A stretch of DNA of 64,000 nucleotides, taken from NCBI GenBank assembly GCA_963702125.1, contig OY969716.1:2515606-2579605 (forward strand), written 5' to 3'. A program made the position numbers and the translations under genes. Shown in pieces: positions 1-8,573 of this stretch. Within the stretch, counting starts at the first letter, position 1, and every line of letters begins with the position of its first letter. The notes below the pieces were generated by a model, which did no database searches, was not told where the DNA came from, and saw only the letters and a program-made list of their open reading frames with translations. Source of the stretch: an uncultured Acidobacteriota bacterium (GTDB lineage: Bacteria; Acidobacteriota; Terriglobia; Acidiferrales; UBA7541).

Positions 1-291
1 CCCGTTCGACTGCTGCTGAGGGAGCGGACTCGCCGCGCTGTCCGGCTTTTACTCTCCCCGCATGTGCTCTCCCCGGTTTTCGAAGGAGGAGCCCAGAAAA
101 TTCGGATCAATATAAGGACCGGGTCTTTGAATGTAGTACCGCGCTGGGTCGGTGCCAAATTCAAAATGATACAGATGTGTCTGACCCGATAAGGTCAAAC
201 GATTGAGGGCTGCTGGTTGTGGGCTCGAAGAGTGTGAACCCGTCCGCTGCGCGAAGGCAAGCGACTATTTCTCGCCCCGCCAGAAACAAAA

Positions 292-344
292 CGGCCGCGG
301 TATCCAGCGTCAGGGGACTCACTGATCGCCAAACACCGCGGCCG
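292..344 (-). terminator. Candidate lexA terminator (long-loop hairpin)
   Basis: 10-bp inverted repeat CGGCCGCGGT (292-301) / ACCGCGGCCG (335-344). On the minus strand it is followed by TTTTGTTTCTG. It lies just downstream of the lexA stop. The 33-nt loop is atypical. Confidence 0.35.
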
Positions 345-369
345 CAGTTCCGCTAGTGCGAACCTTTAT

Positions 370-993
370 TTAATATTTGCGAAGAACGCCAACCACGCGC
401 CCCTGAATCTTCACATCCGCCGCCGCCACCATAATCGGCGACATCGTTGAGTTCGCCGGCTGCAACCGCACCTTACCACCCGGCTCGCGATAGAAACGCT
501 TCACCGTCGCGTCGTCCTCGCCCACCAGCGCCACCACAATCTCGCCCGGATTCGCCACCTGCGTCGATTCCACCACGATGTAATCTCCGTCCAGGATGTG
601 ATCGTCGCGCATCGATTCGCCCTTCACCTGCAGCACGTACGTTCCCTGTCCGCGCGAAAAGTCCGCGAGCGAAATCGTCTCGTTCACTTCCACCGCTTCC
701 AGCGGACGGCCTGCAGCGATGCGGCCCGCAAGCGGCAGCTCGGACACCTGGCGGTCGAGCACCTGCTCGCGCACCGACTTCGGCAGCTGCAAAATCTCAA
801 TCGAGCGGCTCTGATTATAGCCGCGGCGCACGAAGCCCTTCTTCTCGAGCGTCGAAAGGTGCTTGTGCACGGTCGCGAGCGACGTCAGCTTCAGCGCGTG
901 CGCGATCTCCTCGAAACTCGGCGAGTAGCCGTTCTTGTTCAAAAATCCTACCAGGTAGTTGAGTACTTCTTTTTGCCGCTTCGTTAACGCCAT
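370..993 (-). CDS. lexA: LexA repressor (SOS regulator, S24 self-cleaving peptidase)
   Basis: 207 aa. The N-terminal winged HTH reads LTKRQKEVLNYL...SFEEIA. The C-terminal S24 region has VKGESM (catalytic Ser) and TVKRF (Lys). Confidence 0.95.
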   Translation of the reverse strand: MALTKRQKEVLNYLVGFLNKNGYSPSFEEIAHALKLTSLATVHKHLSTLEKKGFVRRGYNQSRSIEILQLPKSVREQVLDRQVSELPLAGRIAAGRPLEAVEVNETISLADFSRGQGTYVLQVKGESMRDDHILDGDYIVVESTQVANPGEIVVALVGEDDATVKRFYREPGGKVRLQPANSTMSPIMVAAADVKIQGRVVGVLRKY

Positions 994-1033
994 CGAACGC
1001 CCCTTTGGGTCGCAGTATCTAGCGCCACTATGG

Positions 1034-1051
1034 GCGAATCAAAAGCGAAAG
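1034..1051 (-). promoter_or_regulatory. Candidate LexA operator in the lexA promoter (direct repeat TTCGC-N6-TTCGC)
   Basis: The gene strand reads TTGAC-TTTCGCTTTTGATTCGCC-CATAGT. The repeat fills the 17-nt spacer between a -35-like TTGACT and a -10-like CATAGT, 41-58 nt upstream of the lexA ATG. Near-identical copies occur at 11171-11188 and 44500-44516. Confidence 0.45.
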
Positions 1052-1124
1052 TCAATGGTACTTAGGGACAGTTGCCCTTTTTATTTTTCAGTCCTAAAGG
1101 GCTATGGGTGTGGAACACGGGGAC

Positions 1125-2057
1125 TTAGGCGTTAGCGTTTCCGCCGTTGAATCCGCCGCGACGGCGCCGGTTTGGACGCCCCTTCAACGCAGCCGCAGGC
1201 GGCATCGAAGCTGACGTTGGCGACGTTGGAGTTACCGGAGAAGGAACCACCGAGAGAGTCTCGCGGATCGCGCGGATTTCCTGTTTCGATTCCTCCGCCG
1301 TGGCTTGCATGCGTTCGTACACTTTTTCGAGCAGCTGCTGCAGCGAATCGTCGAAATGCCGGCGCATTGTCACCGAGTGCTCATTCAGCTTTTCATCCAC
1401 GATTTCGCGAACCATCTCGCGCATCGAAAGATTCTGCCGCTCGCGGTAGCGGTCGCCACTCGGCGCCCGTTCCGTGCTGCGTTCATTTGATCTGTGCGGC
1501 ACGCTCTTCGCAGCCGCAGCCATCTCCGCCGTGAAATCCACTTCGTAAGCGTCGCTTACCGCTACCGAAGTCGGCACCAGCAACACCTGCTCGGCTTCGC
1601 CGCCGCGCCGTCCCGAACTGATCGGAGCCACCTTCGCTGTTTCGAGCTCCGGCTCGCTCTCGCGCGGTTCTTCCTCATCGCCCGGAAACGGAAACCAATC
1701 CGCAGGCGGCGCCACAAGGCTCCAGACATTCCCCGCCACTTCGAATTCCAATCCGATGTGATAGACGTCCTGATACGAACGCGGCCGCTGCACCCAAATC
1801 ACGCGCCCGCGCACCACGCGCGGCGGCAGCGTCTTGTGTGTGCGGTGCACTTCAATCGAAACGTGCGTGCCTTTGGGGACGTAGTGCACCGACTGGTATT
1901 TGCACCCGTAGCAGTTGACCATCACCGTGTGCGTGGACTCGCGGAAGTCCTGTCCGAGCGCGTCGGTGCCCGTCACCGTGATCGGCAACGACTTGATGAT
2001 TCGCGTGCTCCGGCGCTTCTCCGCGCCGGGCTGTTTCGCGTCCTCGTATTCGGTCAC
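1125..2057 (-). CDS. PilZ-domain protein (putative c-di-GMP receptor) with a long low-complexity C-terminal half
   Basis: The N-terminus (KRRSTRIIKSLPITVTG...THTVMVNCYGCKY) resembles the PilZ RxxxR ... D/NxSxxG layout. There is no other recognisable domain. Confidence 0.5.
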   Translation of the reverse strand: MTEYEDAKQPGAEKRRSTRIIKSLPITVTGTDALGQDFRESTHTVMVNCYGCKYQSVHYVPKGTHVSIEVHRTHKTLPPRVVRGRVIWVQRPRSYQDVYHIGLEFEVAGNVWSLVAPPADWFPFPGDEEEPRESEPELETAKVAPISSGRRGGEAEQVLLVPTSVAVSDAYEVDFTAEMAAAAKSVPHRSNERSTERAPSGDRYRERQNLSMREMVREIVDEKLNEHSVTMRRHFDDSLQQLLEKVYERMQATAEESKQEIRAIRETLSVVPSPVTPTSPTSASMPPAAALKGRPNRRRRGGFNGGNANA

Positions 2058-2378
2058 ACACTACTCCCAGGGGCTTTTCTCAATGCTAGCGCTTCCCGGG
2101 GAGACGCGAGATGAACCTTCCGAAACTGTGCGAAAAGGGTAAAGGTGGGTACGTATAGAACTAGACCGACGGTCAGGGGAAGGCAAGGGACCTTGCTCGT
2201 GCGAGAGGCCCGTGGATAGCCTGCCGCGCAGGCTGTTCTCTTTCGAAGGTCGCCACGCGTTACGTTGTGGCTTAAATCGTCGCACAGGCCAGCGAGCAGC
2301 AGAGCCTTCGTCCAGAGGCCACTCACGAGCCGAGGGAGATTTCTTCGATTTCGCCAACGCCGGGCGGCGATTTACCGC

Positions 2379-3053
2379 TCAATTCGCCCCGTGCGCAAGC
2401 GCCGGTTTCCTGTGCCGGAATCCAAAAAACCAAATGAGAAACGTGAGAATCGCAATTCCAATCAGTATGTCGAGGAACGTCCAGCCGTGCGCCACCACCA
2501 CCTCGAATATCTTCCGCCCGTACTTGGCTCCCAAATACGCTAGAATCGCGTAACGCGTCGCGCGCCCGATCGTCATTGCCAGTAGAAACTTCTGCGCCGG
2601 ATAGTCCATCGCGCCCGCCGCGATCGTAAACGGCACCATCGGGAACGGCGGCGGTAGCAGCGCCGGAATCGCGATCGAGCTAAAGCCATACTTCTCGAAA
2701 ATCCGGTTCACTTTTTTGATCGTCCGCGGCGAGAAGCGTTTGCTCATCGCCTTCTCGCCCTGCCTGCGCGCGATGCGAAACGTCAGGTACGCGCCCAGCA
2801 CCGACCCGATCGTTGCCATCACGGCGTAATAAATCCAAAGCTTCTTTTCGTGCGCGGAGAGAATAATCGTCATCGCATCCACGCTGCCCGGCACCGGGAT
2901 CACCGAGCTATCGATCACGCCGAGCAAAATCAGGCCCGGCCCTCCCAGGTGGAAGAACCAGTGCCGCACAGCGTGCGAAGTGGAGGTGTTCGGCGCTTTC
3001 CGCGCCTGCCCCTGCACGAGACTCAGAAAGTCCAATCTCATTTTTTTATGCAT
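2379..3053 (-). CDS. DedA/YqaA (VTT-domain) family inner-membrane protein
   Basis: 224 aa with multiple hydrophobic helices. GPGLILLGVIDSSVIPVPG and AIPALLPPPFPMVPFTIAAG are typical of the YqaA/DedA family. Confidence 0.6.
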   Translation of the reverse strand: MHKKMRLDFLSLVQGQARKAPNTSTSHAVRHWFFHLGGPGLILLGVIDSSVIPVPGSVDAMTIILSAHEKKLWIYYAVMATIGSVLGAYLTFRIARRQGEKAMSKRFSPRTIKKVNRIFEKYGFSSIAIPALLPPPFPMVPFTIAAGAMDYPAQKFLLAMTIGRATRYAILAYLGAKYGRKIFEVVVAHGWTFLDILIGIAILTFLIWFFGFRHRKPALAHGAN

Positions 3054-3379
3054 TCAAGCAGCAACACTAACGGCACGCTTTGGGGCGAAACGCGCCTCGA
3101 TATGCTAACCTACAAAAGAAGATGCACGAGCTTCATCCGTAGTCTTTGCACACGTGCCGCCCATGCACGCCAACGGTTTCCCGCCGAAGGCGCTGAGCAT
3201 CGGACGGCGCCTCGGATGATTCGCGCCGGCGTACCGACCGCTTAATGTTGAGACGCGCAGCTTGGACCTGCCGTTTCGACCGTTCGCGGTTCCTGCCGCA
3301 TCCTGCGAGACAATCCGCGCATCTTTCAAGTAGGCGGCTCTAGTGGTTTGCCATCTTAATTTTGAGGTCCTGACGACGA

Positions 3380-5239
3380 ATGGCTTCGACGATTACTGAA
3401 CCTCTGGTGCGCCGTCGCGAGACCGTCGAAAACGCGGTGATTCGCTTCTGCGGCGACTCGGGCGACGGCATGCAGATTACCGGCAGCCAGTTCACCAATA
3501 CGGCCGCCCTTTTCGGCAACGATCTCGCTACTTTCCCGGACTTCCCTGCCGAAATTCGCGCCCCTGCGGGCACGCTCCCGGGCGTCAGCGGTTTCCAGGT
3601 TCACTTTTCATCCACCGACGTTTTCACGCCGGGTGATGCGGTTGACGCGCTAGTCGCGATGAATCCCGCCGCGCTGAAGATGAATCTTGCCGACCTGAAG
3701 CCGAACGGCATCCTCATCGTCAACGTGGACCATTTCCTTGAAACCGATCTGCGCAAGGCGAACCAGACTGAGAACCCGCTCGAGAATCACACGCTCGACG
3801 GCTATCGCCTTTTCAAAGTCGAACTCACCAAGCTAACCCGCGCCGCGCTGAAGGATCTCGGTCTCGATACGAAAAGCATGGACCGGTGCAAAAACTTTTT
3901 TGCGCTCGGCATGTGCTACTGGCTCTACAACCGCTCGATGGAATCCACCGAGCGCTGGCTCAATGATAAATTCAAGAACAAGCCGATCCTCGTGCAGGCC
4001 AACCTGCTCGCCATGAAAGCCGGCTACGGCTACTGCGACGCGTCGGAATCGTTTCAAGTCACCTACGACATTCCGCCGGCGAAGCTCGAGCCCGGTCTCT
4101 ATCGAAACATCAGCGGCAACGCCGCTCTCGCTCTCGGATTCGTCGCCGCTTCGCAACAAGCGAAGACGCGATTGTTCCTCGGCTCGTACCCAATCACGCC
4201 GGCGTCCGACATTCTTCACGAGCTCGCGCAGTACAAGGATTTTGGCGTGATGACGTTCCAGGCCGAAGACGAAATCGCCGCGATCACCGCCGCCATCGGT
4301 GCTGCTTATGCTGGCGCGCTCGGCATCACCACTACGTCCGGCCCGGGCATGGCGCTCAAAACGGAAGCGCTCGGCCTCGCCGTCGCCGTCGAGCTACCTC
4401 TGGTCGTCTGCGACATTCAACGCGGCGGCCCGTCCACCGGCCTTCCTACGAAGACCGAGCAAGCAGACTTGCTCCAAGCGCTCTTCGGCCGCAACTCCGA
4501 AGCGCCGATTCCCGTTCTCGCTCCCGCCACGCCGGGCGATTGCTTCTGGATCGCGCTCGAAGCCAGCCGCATCGCCGTGAAATACATGGTGCCCGTCATC
4601 ATTCTTTCGGACGGCTATCTCGCCAATGGCGCCGAGCCCTGGAAAATTCCCACGCTCGCCGAGCTTCCCGAAATTCCAGTGCACTACGAAACGAATCCTG
4701 AAAATTTCCGCCCGTACCGCCGCGATCCCGAAACTCTCGCGCGCCCCTGGGCCATTCCCGGCACGCCCGGCCTCGAGCACCGCGTCGGCGGCATCGAGAA
4801 GCAGGACGTCACCGGCAACATCAGCTACGACCCGCTGAACCACGAGCACATGGTTCGCACGCGCGCCGAAAAAGTCGCGCGCATCGCTCAGGACATTCCA
4901 GACATCGTTCCCGAAGGCGACGCGCAAGGCGATGTGCTGATCGTCGGCTGGGGTTCCACCAGCGGCCCGATCACCGGCGCGATGAATACCCTGCGCGCGA
5001 AGGGCCACAAGATCGGCCACGTCCACCTGCGCCATTTGAATCCGTTCCCACGCAATCTCGGCGACGTACTGAAGCGCTACAAAAAAGTTCTGGTCCCTGA
5101 AATGAACATGGGCCAGCTCGTGATGCTGCTCCGCGCCAAATTCCTCGTGGACGCGATCGGCTACAACAAAATTCAGGGCAAACCGTTTAAGCAGTCCGAA
5201 ATCGAATTCAAGATCGAAGAAGTGCTCGGCGTTCTCTAG
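3380..5239 (+). CDS. korA: 2-oxoglutarate (2-oxoacid):ferredoxin oxidoreductase, alpha subunit
   Basis: 619 aa. The N-terminus VIRFCGDSGDGMQITGSQFT is the family signature. A cognate beta subunit follows directly. Confidence 0.9.
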   Translation: MASTITEPLVRRRETVENAVIRFCGDSGDGMQITGSQFTNTAALFGNDLATFPDFPAEIRAPAGTLPGVSGFQVHFSSTDVFTPGDAVDALVAMNPAALKMNLADLKPNGILIVNVDHFLETDLRKANQTENPLENHTLDGYRLFKVELTKLTRAALKDLGLDTKSMDRCKNFFALGMCYWLYNRSMESTERWLNDKFKNKPILVQANLLAMKAGYGYCDASESFQVTYDIPPAKLEPGLYRNISGNAALALGFVAASQQAKTRLFLGSYPITPASDILHELAQYKDFGVMTFQAEDEIAAITAAIGAAYAGALGITTTSGPGMALKTEALGLAVAVELPLVVCDIQRGGPSTGLPTKTEQADLLQALFGRNSEAPIPVLAPATPGDCFWIALEASRIAVKYMVPVIILSDGYLANGAEPWKIPTLAELPEIPVHYETNPENFRPYRRDPETLARPWAIPGTPGLEHRVGGIEKQDVTGNISYDPLNHEHMVRTRAEKVARIAQDIPDIVPEGDAQGDVLIVGWGSTSGPITGAMNTLRAKGHKIGHVHLRHLNPFPRNLGDVLKRYKKVLVPEMNMGQLVMLLRAKFLVDAIGYNKIQGKPFKQSEIEFKIEEVLGVL

Positions 5240-5263
5240 TTCGAACGCGTTCAGGAGAAACTG

Positions 5264-6292
5264 TTGGCCACAGATACACTGCCGATTTATAAGAAGCGCG
5301 ACTTTCAGACCGACCAGGAAATCCGCTGGTGCCCCGGCTGCGGCGACTATGCCATTCTCTCGGCCGTGCAGATGGTCTTCGCCGAACTCGGCGTGAAACG
5401 CGAGAACTTCGTTTTCATTTCCGGCATCGGCTGCTCCAGCCGTTTCCCGTATTACATGAACACGTTCGGCTTTCACACGATTCACGGTCGCGCGCCCGCG
5501 ATCGCCACCGGCGTGAAGCTTGTCCGCCCCGATCTCGACGTCTGGGTCGCGACCGGTGACGGCGATTCCCTTTCCATCGGCGGTAACCACACGATTCACA
5601 TGCTCCGCCGCAACGTCGGCCTGAAAGTTCTGATGTTCAACAACAAGATTTACGGCCTCACCAAGGGCCAGTATTCGCCCACGTCCGAAGTCGGAAAGAA
5701 AGCGAAGTCCACTCCCTTCGGCTCGGTCGATCGCCCGTTCCATCCGCTTTCCGTTGCGCTCGGCTCGGAAGCGACGTTTGTCGCGCGCTCCGTTGACGTC
5801 TTCCAGTCGCACCTGAAGGAAACTTTGAAGAAAGCCGCCGCGCATTCCGGCTCGGCCTACGTGGAAATTCTGCAGAACTGCAACATCTTCAACGACGGCG
5901 CGTGGGAAGCGCTCACCGAAAAAGAAACTCGCCATGACAACGTGCTCGAGCTCGTCCACGGCAAGCCGCTCGTCTTCGGCAAGAATCGCGATAAGGGCAT
6001 TCGCATGAAGGGCCTCGAACTTGAAGTCGTCACTCTCGGCAACGGAATCACCGAAGCCGACCTGCTCGTCCACAACGACAGCGATCCGAATCCGCTCTAC
6101 GCCTTCGCTCTCTCGCGCATGGACACGCTCGAAGGTTTCCCCACTCCCATCGGCGTCCTGCGCGGCATCGAAGGCACTCCGCGCTACGAAGACCTGATCA
6201 ACGACCAAATCAAAGAAGTCCAGGCCAAGCGCGGCAAAGGCGACCTAAGCAAACTCCTCCGCGCCGGCGACACCTGGGAAGTCCGCGCCTAA
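5264..6292 (+). CDS. korB: 2-oxoglutarate (2-oxoacid):ferredoxin oxidoreductase, beta subunit (TPP-binding)
   Basis: 342 aa with a TTG start. It carries WCPGCGDYAIL and the TPP motif GDGDSLSIGGNH. It starts 24 nt after korA. Confidence 0.9.
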   Translation: MATDTLPIYKKRDFQTDQEIRWCPGCGDYAILSAVQMVFAELGVKRENFVFISGIGCSSRFPYYMNTFGFHTIHGRAPAIATGVKLVRPDLDVWVATGDGDSLSIGGNHTIHMLRRNVGLKVLMFNNKIYGLTKGQYSPTSEVGKKAKSTPFGSVDRPFHPLSVALGSEATFVARSVDVFQSHLKETLKKAAAHSGSAYVEILQNCNIFNDGAWEALTEKETRHDNVLELVHGKPLVFGKNRDKGIRMKGLELEVVTLGNGITEADLLVHNDSDPNPLYAFALSRMDTLEGFPTPIGVLRGIEGTPRYEDLINDQIKEVQAKRGKGDLSKLLRAGDTWEVRA

Positions 6293-6342
6293 ACGCTGCG
6301 CGCGTGGGGTAGTCCCGCCTCGGGAGACTGCGCAACGCTGCT

Positions 6343-6364
6343 GAATTCGGCGAACGCCGAATTC
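6343..6364. repeat. 22-nt palindrome GAATTCGGCG-AA-CGCCGAATTC
   Basis: 10+10 perfect inverted repeat read directly from the sequence, about 50 nt downstream of the korB stop. No U-tract follows it. Confidence 0.7.
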
Positions 6365-6549
6365 ACACTGAGGAATGCCAGTGGCATGACGAAGTGCGTC
6401 CAACCCCAATGCCCTTTGCGACTAACGCGTGAGTCAACACTCACCCAAGACTTTGACGTCATCCAGAGGCCGATTCATCGGCCGAAGGATCCCTCTTCGC
6501 CTTCCGTCAACGCAATCGCATCGCCGACATCGAGTCCGCATTTGCGTTG

Positions 6550-6570
6550 CCTGTTCAGATGCTGAACAGG
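6550..6570. repeat. Hairpin CCTGTTCAG-ATG-CTGAACAGG
   Basis: 9-bp perfect stem with a 3-nt loop, in the korB-downstream non-coding tract. Confidence 0.6.
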
Positions 6571-6613
6571 GAAAGCCCTTGCTACCGGCGGAGCCAAGTA
6601 GCAAACTACCTTC

Positions 6614-6832
6614 ATGGCCAAGGTAACGAAAGGGATGCGGCGGGCTGCGAATCAAGCTGCGGACTTGATGATGGCTTCCTTGTCCCAATTTTCCGAGACT
6701 GAGCAGGAAAAGCGGGTTAAGGCCGTTGAGCGAATCGGCCTCAGCGTTTCTTCAAAGAAGCATAAAAAACCTTCAAAGCATTCTCATACCCGGGTGTCCC
6801 GGCCTTCAGTCCGACTTCGGACAGCATCCTGA
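6614..6832 (+). CDS. Hypothetical small protein (72 aa), doubtful
   Basis: The first ~45 aa look protein-like (KGMRRAANQAADLMMASLSQFSETEQEKRVKAVERIG). The 3' 92 nt overlap the convergent ORF 6741-6989, and the tail is basic and low-complexity. Confidence 0.25.
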   Translation: MAKVTKGMRRAANQAADLMMASLSQFSETEQEKRVKAVERIGLSVSSKKHKKPSKHSHTRVSRPSVRLRTAS

Positions 6833-6989
6833 CGTAGGCGTGGCTATCGGATTCCGCGATTGCCTTTAGCGCCTCGTTGGCGAGGCGTTTCCTTCTATCC
6901 TCTTCAGCGGTGTCGATTTTTCTCCGTCCGCGGCTTTTCTCTTCGCGCATCACGTCACGGACGTTTTTATCTTTCTCGTTACTTGTCAC
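6741..6989 (-). CDS. Hypothetical small charged helical protein (82 aa)
   Basis: Clean ATG ORF with helical, charged composition. No recognisable family. Confidence 0.4.
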   Translation of the reverse strand: MTSNEKDKNVRDVMREEKSRGRRKIDTAEEDRRKRLANEALKAIAESDSHAYVRMLSEVGLKAGTPGYENALKVFYASLKKR

Positions 6990-7046
6990 GGTGGCATAAC
7001 TCTACCCGCGAAGACCTCTATTTTGAAGTCTAATTACTGAGTCGAG

Positions 7047-8414
7047 CTACTGGTTGGATGTAGGCGCCGGAAACGGCGTAGCGACGGCGTTATTACTCGC
7101 AACCGCCGGCGTATTGTGCGCAGCACTCAGCGGCGGCATGATCGCATCCGCCGAATCTCGCGCCTCCGCAAACGCCGTCATGTCGCGCTTCGAAATCGGA
7201 TCACTCGGCGGCAGCGGCAGCCGCTCAAAATTCACAAAGTCCTTCCCCTTCTGAATCCGGAAATCGAGATGCGGCCCCGTCGCAAGGCCCGTCATCCCCA
7301 CAAGCCCGATCGTCTCGCCCTGCGCCACGTGCTCGCCGTTGTGAATCAGAATCCGCGAAAGGTGCATGTAGTACGTCGTGTATCCGTTCGTGTGCTGAAT
7401 CTCGATCAAGTTTCCCGCGCCGCCCTTCGGCCCCGCCCAGATCACGCGCCCTTCGCCAATCGTCTGCACCGGCGTGCCAGTCGGCGCCGCGTAATCGATT
7501 CCCAAATGCGGCCGGTATTCCTTCAAAATCGGATGGAAGCGCGCGTTTGAAAAGTGCGAAGTGATCACCGCCTGAAATTTCAGCGGCGAATGCAGAAACG
7601 CTTTCTTCATCGAGTGCCCGTCCGGCGTGTAATACGCAGGCGCGCCCGTCGGATCGTGGAACAGCACCGCGCGATACGTCCGCGGTCCGTTGTTGTACTC
7701 CGCCATCAAAATTTTCCCGTACGAACTGGTCTCGCCATTCGCGAGGATCTTCTTCTCCACCACCACGCGAAACGTGTCGCCTGGCCGCGGGTCCGTGTAG
7801 AAATCGAGGTCCCATCCAAAAATATCCGCGAGCCGCATCGCCAGTTCCGGCCGTTCGCCCGCATCGATCACCGCGTTGAAAAGCGATCCATGCACCTCGC
7901 CCGCCACGCCCTTTGTCGCCGTCTCGGACGGTATCGTCTGCACTTCGGCATGAAAGTCCGAGTGAGAGCCTCCGCCAGATGCCGAAGCCGCCGCAGGCGT
8001 GATGTGCAGCACGCGGTCCGCGTCGATGCGGTACCGAATCTCGCGCAACTCGCCCATCACCGTGCGACCCACCGAAAGCTGATTCCCCGCGCGCAAATGC
8101 CTCAAATCAAATACCGACTGCGCCGACGCCACCGCACGCGCCGCCAACTCCGGCGCCATCCCCAAATCCTGCAGCAACGCGTTGAACGGATGCCCGGCCG
8201 GCACAATCTTGTCCGTGAAAACCACCACGTTATCCTGGAAGCGATGCGTCTCCACGTGCGACGCCGCGATTTCCGAACTCAAATCCGCTTCCGCCGCCGA
8301 TCGCACGCGCATGGAATACAAAATCGTCGCAGCCGCGGCCACGATCAACACGCACCAAAGCGCCACGCGCACCGCGGTTGGCACCCGGCTTAGTTTCGTT
8401 TCCGTTTCCATCAT
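7047..8414 (-). CDS. M23 family metallopeptidase (peptidoglycan endopeptidase) with N-terminal membrane anchor
   Basis: HLGIDYAAPTGTPV ... YYMHLS ... GLVGMTGLATGPHLDFRI are the M23 HxxxD and HxH motifs. I place the start at the MMETETK methionines (8414), not the track's 8534. Confidence 0.85.
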   Translation of the reverse strand: MMETETKLSRVPTAVRVALWCVLIVAAAATILYSMRVRSAAEADLSSEIAASHVETHRFQDNVVVFTDKIVPAGHPFNALLQDLGMAPELAARAVASAQSVFDLRHLRAGNQLSVGRTVMGELREIRYRIDADRVLHITPAAASASGGGSHSDFHAEVQTIPSETATKGVAGEVHGSLFNAVIDAGERPELAMRLADIFGWDLDFYTDPRPGDTFRVVVEKKILANGETSSYGKILMAEYNNGPRTYRAVLFHDPTGAPAYYTPDGHSMKKAFLHSPLKFQAVITSHFSNARFHPILKEYRPHLGIDYAAPTGTPVQTIGEGRVIWAGPKGGAGNLIEIQHTNGYTTYYMHLSRILIHNGEHVAQGETIGLVGMTGLATGPHLDFRIQKGKDFVNFERLPLPPSDPISKRDMTAFAEARDSADAIMPPLSAAHNTPAVASNNAVATPFPAPTSNQ

Positions 8415-8573
8415 GTATGGCCAACGAGAATAGCAAGGGCGAAGGATTCGCGAAAAGAGAAATGGGACGAAATGCGCAAGCGAGTAAACCCCGATCAAGA
8501 TCGCGCAACGACGCGACTCCGACTCAACATTCACGCCAAATTTTTGAAGGAGATTAAACCACTCAATACAAAT

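Noticed and set aside
49-200. A short minus-strand frame ending ..HLYHFEFGTDPARYYIQRPGPYIDPNFLGSSFENRGEHMRGE* downstream of lexA.
   Set aside because: The open stretch is under 75 codons and the longest start-to-stop ORF (TTG, about 49 codons) has no ATG, no RBS and no recognisable family. It could be a gene remnant but I cannot support it.
994-1124. An exact canonical GTTC-N7-GTTC (or GAAC-N7-GAAC) LexA box upstream of lexA, and likewise upstream of recA at 11065-11290.
   Set aside because: I found no exact match on either strand in either region. Only the TTCGC-N6-TTCGC variant, reported separately, is shared.
2058-2378. A possible SRP RNA (GGTCAGGGGAAGGCAAGG) or c-di-GMP riboswitch ahead of the PilZ gene.
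   Set aside because: The conserved SRP GGAAGCAGC and tetraloop context is missing, as are the GEMM-I GGCAAACC and ACGCAAAGC blocks on either strand. Only the generic hairpin was kept as a low-interest note.
4394-6208. A 604-aa ORF antisense to korA/korB. Similar long antisense or out-of-frame ORFs include 55259-57757, 14777-16069, 10066-11154, 20407-21522 and 57840-59105.
   Set aside because: They lie opposite or out of frame to genes with unmistakable family motifs. Their translations are Arg/Ala/Gly-rich low-complexity strings typical of stop-codon-poor frames in high-GC DNA.
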